From the human T2T-CHM13v2.0 reference genome, Homo sapiens: a stretch of 64,000 nucleotides of DNA. The notes under the pieces were generated by a model that saw only the letters and a program-made list of their open reading frames with translations, did no database searches and was not told the DNA's origin. Below, piece by piece: positions 13,401 to 28,951 of the stretch. Both the position numbers and the translations under genes were made by a program. The DNA is taken from assembly GCF_009914755.1 (NCBI RefSeq), contig NC_060940.1. The stretch is one strand, 5' to 3'. The first letter of the stretch is position 1; each line of letters begins with the position of its first letter.

Positions 13401-16400
13401 GTGCAGCTTCGGGAGGGATGCCCGTGGAGTGGTGAGGGAGGAAGGGGACACCCGCTTAGCCAGCCAGATCAGCCAAATCAACCCTGGCAATCAGTGGGGT
13501 GACAGGCGTCACAGCCTGATCGCCCTCATATCCTTCCATTATCTTTTTGAATCTCTATAGAAGTTGTAGCAATGCTTCCTTCTTCATTTCTGATATTGAT
13601 GACTTGCCTTCTTATTTTCCCTTGCAAGGTTTTATCAATTTTATTCATTTTTTGAACAGCCGTTAGTTTTGTTGAATTTCACTATCATACATTTATTCTC
13701 AATTTCATTATTTTCTATCCTATACTTATTTTCACCTTTCTGCTACTTTTTAATTTTAATTTTCTTCTCATTTTCAGCCCCTTTGAAGTGGATGCTTAGA
13801 TAATTGATTTTCAGCACTTCTTCTTTTCTAATGTAGACACTTAAGGTCAATTTCCCTGTAGGCACTCTGTTAACTCTATTCCACATGATTTGCCATGTCA
13901 TTGTTTTGCTATCATTCATTTTTTAAATGTGTTAATTTCTTTGTTTTTCATGGGTTTTTTCCTCTGTTTTTCATGGGTTATTTAGAAGTGTGTGGTTTAA
14001 TTTTCAATACTTAAGAATAATTTAAGTTTTTGTTGTTGTTACTCATTTTTATAACTTAATGCTACTGCTCAGAAGGTATATACTGCATGTGTTGAGAGTT
14101 GTTTTATGACACAGTTTTTGGCCATTTGGGGTCAATATTTCAAGTTTGTTTGACAAGAATGATTTTTCTGTAACTCTTTCGTGCAGTATTTTATACCTTT
14201 CAATGAAATAAGCTTATTAATCACGATATTCAAATGTTCTCTATCTTCGGTTTTTCGGTCTACTTGTTCTAATTGTTGGTTTATCTGTTGCTCACTTAGA
14301 TTCTGCCAAAGTTTTACTTTATATACTTGGCAAATACATTATAAGGTATATATGAATTTAGGATTTTTACATCTTGCTGAATTTAGTTATTTATCATTAT
14401 AACATTTTTCTCCATATTTGGGGAAACATTTCTTTCTCCTTAGTTTACACCTGAACAACTTTCCTTCAGTTTCAATTTGTAGTCAGATCTTGTTTCAATC
14501 ATCTCAGTCTCTATTTATCCTTATATTACAGCTTTATCTGTGATAAGAGACATGATCTGTGTCTTGCTTCCTTTTTAAATCTAATCTGAAAATGTTTATC
14601 TAATATTAAAGTATGTAACTATATGGGTTTGGATTTCTTTTTGTACTTTTTAAATGTTTTTTAAAATCAGTTATTTCTTAGTTTTCCCCTTTTCTATGTT
14701 TTTTAACTAATTAGTTTTAATTATTCCATTTCCCCATTATTATATTACTTATATAGTCTTTAATATTATTTTAGTGACAACACTAAATATATAATTCATA
14801 TACATATCCTTGATTCATTAAAGTATATCTTAAATAATGTATCAAACATTATATCTATAATGAAAGAATATTTGCAATGCATTGTTTATGATAATTTATA
14901 TTACACCCTTCCCATTTCCATCATTTTTGTTATGTATTTTAATTCTACCTCAACTTTATACATGTAACACATTCTAATTATATTAAGTAGTATATATTAT
15001 TTTGTATTTTTCCACATATTAATATTTTTGTTTATCTTCTTTCTTTTCTATATTATCATATTGCCATTTAGGCTGGTTTTCATTTTTTTTTTTTAGAAAA
15101 ATATATTTCTAAAAATGTTTTCAGTGAAAAACTGCTGCTAATGCATTTTATCAAGTTTTTTTTTTTCTGAAAGAAAACAACTTAATTTGAAGGCTCTTTT
15201 CTCTTGATATAATATTTTGGCTTGGCAATTATTTTCCTTCTGTCCTTTAAAATGACATTCTTTGTCTCTGCCTTCCATAATTTATATTATCAAATAAGCT
15301 GTCTGCTTTTGAGACCTTAATTTTTTGGGTTAATTTTAAATTCTCATTGTCTTTATTTTTAGCAATGTTACTATGATGTGTCCTGGTATGCTTTTATTTG
15401 TATTTACCCTGTTTAAGAGTTTACTGATCCACTTGAATCTATATCTTGATGTCTTCTATCAGATTTGAAAATTTGTGACCATTATTTCTTCAAATATTGC
15501 ATCTTCTCTGGCCTTCCTCCTCTCTGGAGTGTCAGTTTCAAATATAATATACTTTCGCTTTACATATAATCTACATCTTATGCTCATATTTGTATTTTTA
15601 CTATTGTTTTCTTTCTGTGATTCTTCCTGTTTCTTTTTGTCTCTTTTCTTTCTTTTTTTTTTTTTCTATTCTAAATCTGGTTTGCAAATCTTCTGTTTCA
15701 GTTGATTATATTGTTACTTTAACACACCGGATTTTTCAGCTTCAGACCTTTTCTTTGATTATTTTTATAGGCTCCATGTCTTTGGGCAAAGTATCCATCT
15801 CACTTGTTATCTATTTTCTTGGACATGTTAACTATATATATTCTTAGTTGGAAAATTTGAATATATGCATCATTTGGATGTTTTTCTATTGTCTTTTTTC
15901 TGACTGTTGCAGGCCCACTCCTCTTTGGCAGCATTTCAGAATTTTTTAATTGGATTTTGAAAATTTCATATAAAAGGTGTTATCTCCCTTTAGACAAATT
16001 TGGTTTTCTTCTCCCAGGAAGATATGTTTAGATAGATCAATTTGATACCACTAAGACCGGATTTCAGAATTATGGGGATTAATTTAATTTCTGAGTTTCT
16101 GTTACTTCTAGGGTCCATTATTTCTTTTACACTGCTAAAATATTTGTTTAGCTTTTCAGCTTCTTAGTACTAGCTCTTTGAAACGTTTAAATCCTCTTAT
16201 TCTTGCACATGTTAAGATGTGGCCAATTCATCAAGGGTGAAAAAACACCCATTCTTCTCTAATTATCTTTGCTCTGTGACCTTGGCCTCTCAATTTCTAG
16301 ATACCTCGGTAACCCTGAAATCTAACTTTTGTCTCCAGAGTCCCATAAGTCCATCAAAAATTCCAGGTCACTGATTTCCATGTGGTCTCTATGCCCTGTG

Positions 16401-16580
16401 AGTTGAATCAGTTAAACTCTGAAAGGAATACGCAGTGCTGAATTGAGGAGTCACCTCAATTTGTTTTCTTTCTCTCTGGTATCTGAGTTCCTTAGTTGCT
16501 GGCTGCCTTTAAATCATGTTGTTCTCCCTAACTTTATGGTTGTTCTCCATGGGAGAGTTTGTCTGATGTAAGTTACCATC
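10490..16580 (-). mobile_element. Large ancient L1ME-like remnant, interrupted by the 7SK pseudogene
   Basis: Continuous T-rich tract. L1M 3'-end motifs near 10530-10900 (CCCATGTAACTATCAC, ATGAATATACCACAATT, GGGCATTTGGGTT), ORF2-like motifs (AAAGGTTTCAGCATTTCACC, AGTGGGAAATGCTCCCTC) and ORF1-like motifs near 15200-15500. Boundaries approximate. Confidence 0.65.
13211..13533 (-). pseudogene. 7SK snRNA processed pseudogene (RN7SKP-type), near full length
   Basis: Minus strand reads GGATATGAGGGCGATCAGGCTGTGACGCCTGTCACCCC...GGAGAACGTAGGGTAGTCGAGCTTCCAAGAC...GTGGCAGTCTGCTTTT, collinear with 7SK. A-rich tail at 13195-13210. TSD TTCC(T/A)TTATCTTTTT at 13180-13194 and 13534-13548. Confidence 0.95.
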
Positions 16581-16612
16581 ATAGACGTAAAGAAAACACT
16601 TGATTCCCCCCC

Positions 16613-16613
<1 letters not shown>

Positions 16614-16652
<39 letters not shown>
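16614..16652 (+). repeat. (AC)19 microsatellite
   Basis: Direct count. Confidence 0.95.
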
Positions 16653-16653
<1 letters not shown>

Positions 16654-19600
16654 TATGATGTAATATGTTCATTATTTCCCCCAAGAAAAATAAACTGCAA
16701 ATCACCCTGCACTTGTTTAGCAACAGACAAAATTTACTCTAGAAGGACTCTAATCCTCCGTGAGTTCAAAGGACACTGTGGTCAGTGCCAGACAGAGTTC
16801 ATGGATGGTGATTAAGATTGTGCTATCTTTAGTTGATGCTCTGGCTACAAAGCCAGACCAATTTCTTGAGACCGCTTTTCCTCAGTCTATGCTTTTGCCA
16901 CAGTAAATTCTGCATTTATTGTGACAGTGGACCAAGATGCATGCACCATATTGAGTTAAATAAACAAATACATAATTCAAGATGAACGATTAGCAGAATT
17001 CAAGATGAATGATTAGCAGAACTGGCTGAAATGATTATAGTACAACCCACTATCTCAGTGTCAAGTACATAAAAATAAACTAGATGTTGTTGATTTACTC
17101 CCAGATGTTAACATTAAATGCCTTGGATATATGCGAATGTAAACATAGATCACAGTTACATTTATACATTACTACTTCCTCTAACTGAATTAGTATCCAT
17201 AAAATCATCCGTCCATCTATGCATGTTAGAAAGGTAACTAGAGATAGAATATTATGTATTCTTGTAATAAGATTGTAAAAGATATATTGAGTAAAATATG
17301 CAAATCTGCAAGGAACAGGAAACATTCTTTTTGGGTGTTGGTTTTCGATGTACTTGCAGAGGTAATGCAGAGGGCCTGTGTATAATGACATTATCCTGCT
17401 CAAGATGCTTGTAAGCCTTTTTAAAAGGCATAGCTAAAATGATGTGCTAGCTTCAAAAATTCACTTTTAAAATACTCATCATGTTCACTTTTAAAATACT
17501 CATCATGTTAATGGAAAGTTAATAAACTAATCTTGGACCCAGTATATCCATCATGCAAATTTTCAATATAGAGCAACAGAGATGCTGACAGGGACAAAGC
17601 AACAAGCTTATTCCAAAACATTATGAGAAAGTGAGAAAATATAGACCAATATTGGAGTCTTCAATGTTATTAACAAAATAATTCCAAATAATGTCAAAAA
17701 AGAAAAACCTGCTAGAGGTTTATTTTTACCCTGAATTAATGTAGGATGGGAAAACCTTTCTTTGTTACCAGAAATATTTTAATTTCTAAAATTAAAAAAT
17801 GGTAAAATTAAAAAAAAATTGTTGGCACACTAAAATAAAAAAAAAAGATGCAGGAAGAAATCCACTGTAACTAAAAATGCTAAGTTCAATTGTCAACCTC
17901 TGAATTTCTGCTGTTGCAGACAATCCAGTTGTTTCTGGTGGTCTCCTTGACATCGCCGGGGCAGGGCTTTGAACACAGTTATTTGGCTAAAAAATAATTT
18001 ATTTTCATATATTGTCACACGCCTCTTAGAACATCAACCAGTTTGATGTAGATTTTTTCCATCAAGGCATTGGAACCAGTCAGTGGAGAATAAACCACTT
18101 TGGTTGACTTCTTCCTCAGCACTGTTCTAGGTGTTAGAGAGATTAATATGGTTGGTGTCCAAGCTCTGTGTATTCTTTATATAAGTCTCAGTCAGTACAA
18201 CCAAACTAACATTGAAATCCTACTTGCAAACCACTACCCTACTCCATTAATAATCTATGTCTGCCATTTGAGAATGTCATCATCATCATCATCATCACTT
18301 TTTAAGATTACATGCTGTTTATTGAACACTTATTTTCAGGCACCATGATTTTAATTTTCCTAACAATCCTATGGAGAAAGTGGCATGATTATTCTCTCAT
18401 AAACACTTAACATATGATAATTCTATTTTCCAAGGTAACTTTCCAACATCCATTCATTAAACAAATACTGACTTTACACCTACTGAGTGCCAGCTACACT
18501 TATAGGCGCTACAGATACCAAACAGAAAAACAAATAAACAGAGTAAACACACATTCACTTATATTCATAGATACTTAGAAATAAGGGGGATGTCTGAGAT
18601 ATTATTGAAACTTACGAATAAAAATAAAACTAGGTAAAGAAAAAAAAAGGGAAATGTTGGAAGGGGTTAGTCCTTCTAAATGTCGTTTCTCCACCCAAAT
18701 TCCTGTCTCTCATGCTTACAAACAATACATACAGAGATGCAATACCAGGTTATAAGAATGTAAACTTCCTTTCTCTATTTTCTTCTCCCAATGACCAATC
18801 CTGTCCTATCTCTACTTAGTTCTGACAACTTGACCCGAGCATTCATCCTCAATATGAAAATGAAACAAGACCTCCTTCTTTGTGAATGCAGGGAAACTTT
18901 ATCTACTCTCAGCAGCAGGCCTGTTGGCAACCAATAATGATCACAGAGTAATGGCTTCCAAAGGTCAAATATGCCCTAAAATATTTCTCCAACTGATGTT
19001 TGAGGAGGGTATAGGTTGTTCAGAAGGAAAATCATTATTGTCTTTCTAATACTCTTCTCTGAAGGTAACAAATGAGCTTACTGAATACTGGCTCTTCAAG
19101 CCCAGGCTTACAATATTGAGGTAAGGCAGAGTAGCAAATTCATTTCATTTGGAATATCTACAATAAAACGTACACAGATTTTTTTATAGGTTCTTGTGGG
19201 TATCAGAACATTTGACATCATTTGATTCAATAGTTCTAGTTTGGAACCCAGGAACTTTTATTAGAGGGGGAAAAAAAGGCCGCCAGAGCTTTGAGCAAGA
19301 CCAATATGAATGATAAGAACCATAGTGGTAAAACTCTGTATTTAAGAATCTTCCTCTGTCTATACCATGAATCTTGCAAGGGTTTGAAAGATAGGCTTAA
19401 TACTTCCTATATTTATATACAGCCTTTCAGAAGCTTTGATTCTAGAAAGAAAGAATCTGTCCCAGGATTTCCTCTAGCAGTAGAAAATTGGACTTTTATC
19501 TGACTGGTAAGCAAATATTACAGTTTAGAAAACCCCAGTTAACATTAATAGAAGGTAAATTCCATCTGGAGAAAAATTTTGAGTCTTTTTTTGTTCAAGG

Positions 19601-19946
19601 TTGTATTCCACATATTGTTCACTGATGTATTCAAAACAGCACCTGTTATCCTAAAGTCAAGATAATACCTATCTCAGGGGTGACTGAAAGGCTTGAATGA
19701 AATTATATATAAAAGCACCAAGCAAACTGCAGTGCTGAAAGAGTTAGCCCTTGTTTATTTGTCCCCGTTTTATTTTGCTCTGAACTTCCAAGTTACCTCT
19801 TTACTGGTTCACCTTCCTCTGAGATCCTGATACCTCTGTGTCTAATTCCATAAACACACCTTTCTCCTTAGCCATGATTCCAGAAAACTTAAATAGTGAC
19901 ATGTAAACTATTTTTAAAGGAACTTTGTACTTTACTGGCACCTTTT

Positions 19947-20260
19947 AAAATATATATATTTTTAATTTCAAATTTTATTTTAGATTCAAGAGGGACATGT
20001 GCAGGCTTGTTACCTGGGTATATTTTGTGATGCTGAGGTTTGGGGTATAAATGATCCTGTCACCCAGGTAGTCAGCATAGTATTCAATAGCTGGTTTTTC
20101 AACCCTTTGTCCCCCTGTCTCCCTCCCAGCTCTAGTAGTCGTCAGTGTCTACTTCTGCCATCTTTATGTCCATGTGTAATCAATGTTTACCTGCCACTTA
20201 TAAGTGAGAAAATGTGGTATTTGGCTTTCTGTTCCTGTGTTCATTTGCTTAGGATAATGG
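19947..20260 (-). mobile_element. 5'-truncated L1PA15/16-like 3' end
   Basis: ACATGTGCAGGCTTGTTACCTGGGTATATT...CACTTATAAGTGAGAA. TSD TACTGGCAC(C/A)TTTT at 19933-19946 and 20261-20274. Confidence 0.85.
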
Positions 20261-21436
20261 TACTGGCACATTTTGGCTCACTCTAAGGAGTTGCTTTCTA
20301 ACATACCTGCTCAAGAGAAAAACTACGCAGTCTCTCAAGGTAGTAAGTTTCTGACCACTGCAAGTAAAGAAGCACAGGGTAAGACAGTGGGAGAGTGAAG
20401 TGGAATGTGAAATGGTGGATGTGGGGTAGGTTTAAATATCTCCTGTAATCACTAAATTAAAACAAACATTGCATTTCATTCTGACTAATGTTTTAGTGAC
20501 CAAACTTATATTGGGAAAGTTGTATCTCAGGGTTGACTCAGTGAAACTAAATTAGGAAGTGTTATAATAATTTTCCATCTCACGTGGTTCTTACATTGAA
20601 ATTACAGACATGCATTCACAGCACCACAAATTTCTGTTTTTCCTATAAGCAGGTTGACTCTAGTTTATTATACATTTTTTCAAGTTTTCCTCCAACTAAA
20701 TTATTAATCTTTGACTGATGGTGATGTCACTCCCAGGATTCTCTACAAAAAATAAAACCCTCAAATAAAAATGCCACCAATGAGTTCCACCATGTAGTTT
20801 CTCATGCTAATATCCATATTTGATTCTAATTAACTGCATGAAAGCTATTCAGAATTTCATAATTTCAAATGTTGCCTATCCAGGTGATTTTTTTCATAGC
20901 TATATGAGAATAAAAAGATTCCATAGCTTTTGATTTCTTGCACATAAACCCTCATTATAATTTCTTCTTAGGAAATTGTTGGAATTTGCTCAACACTAAA
21001 AAGAATTAATTGCCTAATGTATTAAAGCAATTAAACAAATCATTTCATCACATGAATAACAATGAGTACAGTTTCTGGTTAACATAGAAAATAAAAGCAA
21101 AGGAAGGGAAGAGAAAAAAGAAGCTAATAATGATAGATGCTCAGTTGTATATTAGTGTCCAACATACATATGGCAAACAAAGATAAACAGAAACTATCTC
21201 ACTTCACTGAAGTCAAACAATTAATAAATACCGATGCAATACAGCACAAAATTCATGTGTGCCTAACTCTAAAACACATTCAAATCTCTTGCAGTTATGC
21301 AACATATGCCTTCAATTTTAGCTTGATATAGACATAGACACCGTGAAAGTGGAATTACATACTACCAGAGAAGATTTTCCTCTACAAGGAAAACTCTGAG
21401 GTTAAGTAGTTGGCACAAATGTCCTTCCATATTCTC

Positions 21437-21439
<3 letters not shown>

Positions 21440-21470
<31 letters not shown>
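21440..21470 (+). repeat. A31 mononucleotide run
   Basis: Direct count. Confidence 0.95.
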
Positions 21471-21471
<1 letters not shown>

Positions 21472-21989
21472 AAGCAGTTTAACGTATTTAAAAATTTACT
21501 TAAACATGACACTCTTAAAAAAATGGCTTAAAGGAAAGAAGACACATCCTAGCTCAAGATAGAAGACCGTCCCGTTACATTTTTTAGCTGTCTTGATGTG
21601 CTTAAAGTCTCAAATGTGCAGAATGCATTAACATGGTGAATTAAAACATGAAAAAGTTGGTTCATGGGGTCGCTGCATAAAAACACTGTAGTGACAACTC
21701 TGAATTCAAATGCAAGGTTAGCTTAAAATTAACATGTTTTTCAACTGCTTTTGGTGTCGCAGGAAACATATTTCCTTTCCCTGTCCTTCACTCTCCACTT
21801 TTTGAAAACTGAATGGTAATTATATTACATTGAGTTGTGGTGGACTTTCTAGTTCAAATATTTGAAGATGTCTAAGAAAACTAAGCACGTTATTATACTA
21901 CCATTTAATTATCCAATGATATTAGGTATTAGCCAATATTCTTCAAGCCAAATAATATTGTTAATAATTTATTCCTGGATTACCTATTC

Positions 21990-22370
21990 TCCCTTCATTC
22001 ATTTATTCAATCAACAGTTCCCTCATTCAATAAATATTTATTGAAGGCTTACTACTCCAGACACTTTCCTAGATGTTAAGGAGATATCAGTTTATGGGAT
22101 AAGACATTCTACTCAGGGGGAAGAGTTCATGAACATTGAACATGATAGCTAAATAATATGGTATGCTAGAAAGGAGTAAGTGCTAATAAAAACAAATAAA
22201 TCAGAATAAGGAGGATCTGGTACTTGTGGGGATCAGGGTAGTCTTATTTCAGCAAAGACTTGAAAACAATGAAGTTAGCTATGACAATAGCAAGGGATGC
22301 ATATTCCAGGCAGACATGTTATGGCAGAGACTCTAAAAGAAGGGCATGGTTAATGTCTTGAAGTAGTCAA
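21990..22370 (-). mobile_element. L2 3' fragment
   Basis: TTCATTCATTTATTCAA...AAATATTTATTGAAGGCTTACTACTCCAGACACT...ATATTCCAGGCAGA. Similar pieces occur at about 4010-4370, 18450-18680, 22770-23130 and 44710-44970. Confidence 0.55.
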
Positions 22371-23150
22371 TCACAGATTTCTGGATGATTAGCAAAAAAC
22401 TTAATTTCTTACATTCAGTAATAGACTTGCACATGATATGGACAGATTGCAAAGAGAATTAAACAACCTCCTTTTCTTGATTACTGAATTGAGATAATAT
22501 AAGACAAAACTACTCTAAGTTTTAACAAAGAATTAGGCTTGGGTTATTAACTTTAAAGGAGACAACCAACTGCTGTGTTCTTGTAGGATATTTTATTTTC
22601 TTTAGAAACCACTCCTGATACATCTCCACCTCAGAATATCTGCAAGCATTCTGTGTGACACTTTCCCCATATCTTGACAGTCTGATGTATTTTTCTTTCC
22701 TGAATAGTATTTTGTCTATTATAAGTAAGTGATTAAAAACCCTGCAATTACATGCAAAAGTAGCCATGAAGATTATTTATTCATCCAATGAATATTTGCC
22801 ATTCATTTATAAAGTGATACAGTGCATGCTACAAGTTTACGAGTATTACAGAAAAGTGTAACATGTTTTATCTGCCCTTGAAGGCATTAAGCTGGAGGGG
22901 GAACAAAAGGCACATACACAAATAACAATAACTATAAATTAGATCAAACTGCCTTCTCTGAAAGCCCACTTACTTACAGCAACATAGACAGCTTTCTAAG
23001 GGAGGTAATGATCTGGACCTTGAAGGAAAAGTAGTATGTGGAAGTGCAGAGATACGACAAGATATTTAAGGCAACAACCACAAAAACATATGATGGACAA
23101 AATTCCAGAGTAAGGGCACTGCACAAAATGTTTGAGACACGTGTGATGAG

Positions 23151-24403
<1,253 letters not shown>

Positions 24404-24544
24404 ATGTGTTTCATTTATAATGATTATTAAATCACTAGATGAATGAATGAAAATATAATTAATAGCTAGGTTGATTGTTGGATGGATAAACAAGTGATTG
24501 CATGAACTGATGAGTCAAAGGAAGAATACTACCAGAAGCCATTT

Positions 24545-25090
24545 TTTGTTTTTTTTATTTTGTTTATATTTATATTATATATAATAGTTGTACATATTTT
24601 GGGGGGTACATGTGATATTTTGACGCATGTATAGAATGTATGGTGATTAGATTATGCTAATCAGGATATCCATTATCTCAAATATTTATCTTTTCTTTGT
24701 GTTGAAAACATTACAATTCTTCCAGCCATTTTGAAATATACAATAAATTATTGTTAACTATATTTTCCCTACTTTAATAATGAATACTAAAACCTATTTC
24801 TATCTAACTGCATATTTTTTTAATTTCAACTTATATTTTATTTTATGTTCAGAGGGGGACATATGCAGGTTACCTGGGTATATTGTATGATGTGATGCTG
24901 AGATTTGGGGTATGAATGGCCCCATCAACCAGGTAATGAGCATAGTACCCAACAGTTAGTTTTTCAGCACTGGCCCCCTACTTTCCTCCCTCCTCTAGCA
25001 GGCATCAGTCTACTGTTGCCAGTTTTATGTCCATGTGTACCCAATGTTTAGCTCCCACTTACAAGTCAGAACATGCAGTATTTAGTTTTC
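24545..25090 (-). mobile_element. L1MA-like 3' end (~24545-24812) abutting an L1PA16-like 3' end (~24815-25090)
   Basis: TTGTACATATTTTGGGGGGTACATGTGATATTTTGA...TTTTGAAATATACAATAAATTATTGTTAACT, then GTTACCTGGGTATATTG...TTTAGCTCCCACTTACAAGT. Confidence 0.75.
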
Positions 25091-25809
25091 CAAGAGCAGT
25101 ATATTTTGCTTAATGTAAAATATAATTCAGAACTTCAAGTCAATATAGGAGATACAAGGCAAACAACGACTCTTGTGAAAAGAAGTTTCATGGTTAAGTC
25201 AGTTTGCAAGAGTTAGAATATGGGCCTCAGGTAAATTCAGGCCCAGTGAAGAGTGCAAAGTATTGGGTGAAAGCCAACTATTTGTCAGTAAGGGAGTATT
25301 AATCTTAAGGAATGTATAATTATCACAAGGAGTTATAATTAACATACGGAATAATCAGAAAATGAGAATTTAGTTGAACTGTGTGACTATGATTATTAAT
25401 ATTTTGTGTATATATAGTATACATTTAATGTATCCACATCTTTATATATTTATTAAATGTGTATTTATGTATAGCCACGTATTGGCGTGTGTAGTGTGTA
25501 TAAACATGTATTCATATTAGAGAAATAATTTTATACTGTTACTTTCAGTTAAATATTTCAAAATAGTAGAAATAATAGGGTGAATTAAACAATTTAAATT
25601 GTCAGTTTCAAGAAAAGTTTACATAAATTTCAAATATATTAAATTTTATACAGTGGCTGTGTGCCAATTGTGAGCCTATGGATGATTTTGTTCTTTAATG
25701 ATTTTCTCTTTTATTTTATTTTATTTATTTTATCTGTGTTATCCACGCATCACACATTTAATCAAGATAAAATAACTGAATTTTATTTTATTTTCATTAG
25801 TAGAGTTTT

Positions 25810-26179
25810 CTTCTTTTTCTTCTTCTTCTCCTTCTCCTTCTCCTTCTCCGCCTTCTTCTTCTTCTTCTCCTTCTTCTTTTTTTGGTGGTGGGGACAGGGT
25901 CTCGCGTCTCGCTCTGTCGCCCAGGCTGGAGTGCAATGGTTCAATCTAAGCTCACTACAACCTCTGCCTCGCTGGTTCAAGCGATTCTTGTGCCTCAGCC
26001 TCCAGAGTAGCTGGGATTACAAGCACATACAACCACGCCTGGCTAATGTTTGTAATTTTAATAGAGACAGGGTTTCGCCATGTTGACCAGGCTCGTCTCA
26101 AACTCCCGGGCTCAAGTGATCCACCCACCCCAGCCAACCAAAGTGCTCAGATTACAGGCATGAGCCACTGCAACCAACC
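25810..26179 (-). mobile_element. Old Alu (J/early S) with (CTT/CTCCTT)n-expanded tail
   Basis: Alu body ~25893-26179; pyrimidine repeat ~25808-25883. Confidence 0.85.
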
Positions 26180-28464
26180 TTAATAGAGATTTTGTAACCA
26201 AGTTGTTACTTCCAGTCTCCCAAAACACTGATATTTTGTACATTTTTGTGTCTTTAAAATATATAATACAAGCAAGATTTTCTTGTACATTTTCTGTCAC
26301 AGTTGCCTCTTCTCTGTTTTTCCAATAACCAGCAATATTTTCTATTACTAAATATTTAAGGTAAATTTGAATTCATGTGTCATTCTCTCCACTTACAAAT
26401 TTACTTTATGAAACCATTGAAAACCATTTCAAGAAATTCCCCAGATGAAAATATTATATAGCGGATTACTAGTAAAGTAAGGGAAGTCATGAAGTATTAC
26501 TAAAAGATTCCTTTTTAGATTTTGGGAGGCAACAGAAATACACACACACACATACACACACACATTTGTAATTTACAATTATTCTGAATAACTGGAAATT
26601 GTAATTACATACATAATACCAAGATCAAAATCCTTGTCTAAAGAGAGCAATTATGTGGTACTATCATATTTAACATAGTGTGCTATCCCAGCAAATTAAA
26701 TAGAGAACATATTTTTTTGTCTAAATCTCTAGTTACTCTTCATTCTTTTCACTTCAGCAGGTTTCTCAAAGTACATTCTAAATCTCAACCATATTGAAAT
26801 TATTTGAGATGTTTGCAAAAAGTACATGTTATTGACCCTGGCATATGTCCCATTGAATAAGAATCTCTAGGCTTTGGAAATGGGATTCTCACTGTCCTAG
26901 AAGTTCGACAAACATAGCTCCATCTTCCTGTGTGCACATAGATACTGCTGAACGAATCCTAATCCAATCATTTCTCCAGTAAGCTGGCCCCTATAGACCC
27001 CTGCAGTTTAGTAATTTAGACTCCATTTTTAGATCCATTGAGTTCTCGATTAAAATATCTTTGCAACAAAGAAGGGTAGACATGACATTTGTGTCTACAT
27101 TATCTTTTTTAAATTTCCAATACATTGTCCCTATTTGACCATCACAATTCCCTCCAAGTGAAGTAGGAGAAATATTATTAATGTTTCTTGGTTTGCAGAG
27201 AAAAAGTAAAAAAGTTTTAGTGGATTTAAGAAACATTCCCGGGTCACACAGTGGGTTAGACTGCAAAGCCAAGCCTTAAACCAAGGACTAGTTTTATCCA
27301 AAAACAAAGCAATAAGTAAATATTTAAAGGGGTTTATGAAGAAATAGGCAAAATAAACAAATGCTCTCTGCTTTCAGAATGCTCTATGGTTTTAGGACTT
27401 ACAACTATTAAGGTATTTAAGATGTATTTTATAATATTTAATATCTATTAATACTTAATGATAAAATATTATCATTTGATTTTTAAAGTCTTTGAGAACT
27501 CTAATTATATTTTGTAACTTAATGCTTTTGTGTGATTCACAATCACATACTTTTAAAACATGGCTCCAAATTCTATGAAATACCTTTCACTGAAAGATAG
27601 GGTAGCTGTTCTCTTGAATATAGGCTCTGTGATAGATCAATAGTATATGAACGAAGTGGCACTGTGCTAATTTCTAAGCTCAAGTCTTAAGAAGTTAGCA
27701 GCTTCTATCTCTCTTGGGGTACTTCATCTTGGAATGCAAATACCAGGCCATGGAGAAGCCCAAACTCTCCCTTGGAAAGGCAGTGATGGCCACCACCAAT
27801 TTGCCAGCCATATGATTGAGCCATGTTGGAACTGGGTAGTCAGTCTCTTCAAAGCTGCCCCAGTTTATATCACATTCTGCAGAGACAAACTGACCCTGGC
27901 AAGCCCTGCCCAAATTTCAAATTTGCGAGCAAAATAAATGGTGATGTTTTTTTCTGCCGCTAAGTTCTGGGATTTGTTGTTATGCCGCAGTAGATAATCA
28001 AAACAGATTTGAGTTCCTTGAAGTAAGGTACTGCTGTAATGACAACGTTAAGCATGTGGCACTGGTTCTGGGACCAGGTGGCAGGAAGGAGATAGATTAA
28101 TTGAGAATATTGTTAGTAAAAACTTAATGGTCCTCAGGGATAGTGTTGTTAGTGAAAGAGCAAAGGATTTGCAGAAGCTGTTGGTGAGATCTCACAGTAA
28201 AGTAACTACAACAAGGAAAATATTATTGGAAATTAGATGAAAGGAAACCTGTGTATATACTGGTGAGAATTTTGACCATGACACCTTTGAGTCATGTAGA
28301 AAAAAAGAAAATGCCCCTAGTGAATTTGATGATTTAATTAAAGAGATTCAAGGAAGAGGCAGAATATTAGATTACTATATAGCTTTTTCTCAATACCTAA
28401 ACAAAATGTGAATAGAGATAAATCAGTTAAAGAAGAAACTTTTTCTGAAATTAGGACTGTTTGA

Positions 28465-28780
<316 letters not shown>

Positions 28781-28951
28781 TGATTCTCAGCTTCTCCAGA
28801 GAAAAATAATTCTCAAATTAAGAAAGAGTCTCAGTTCATAGATCAAATACATAATGGGGCTATATGATCTTTTGTTGTTAATATCTCAGAAAGATCTGAG
28901 GTTTTTTTACTAGAACTTTCAAAGAAATAGAAGGTCCTCTGAGGAGCTTAA

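Noticed and set aside
13121-13560. Three overlapping plus-strand ORFs in a GC-rich island
   Set aside because: They are the antisense reading of the 7SK pseudogene.
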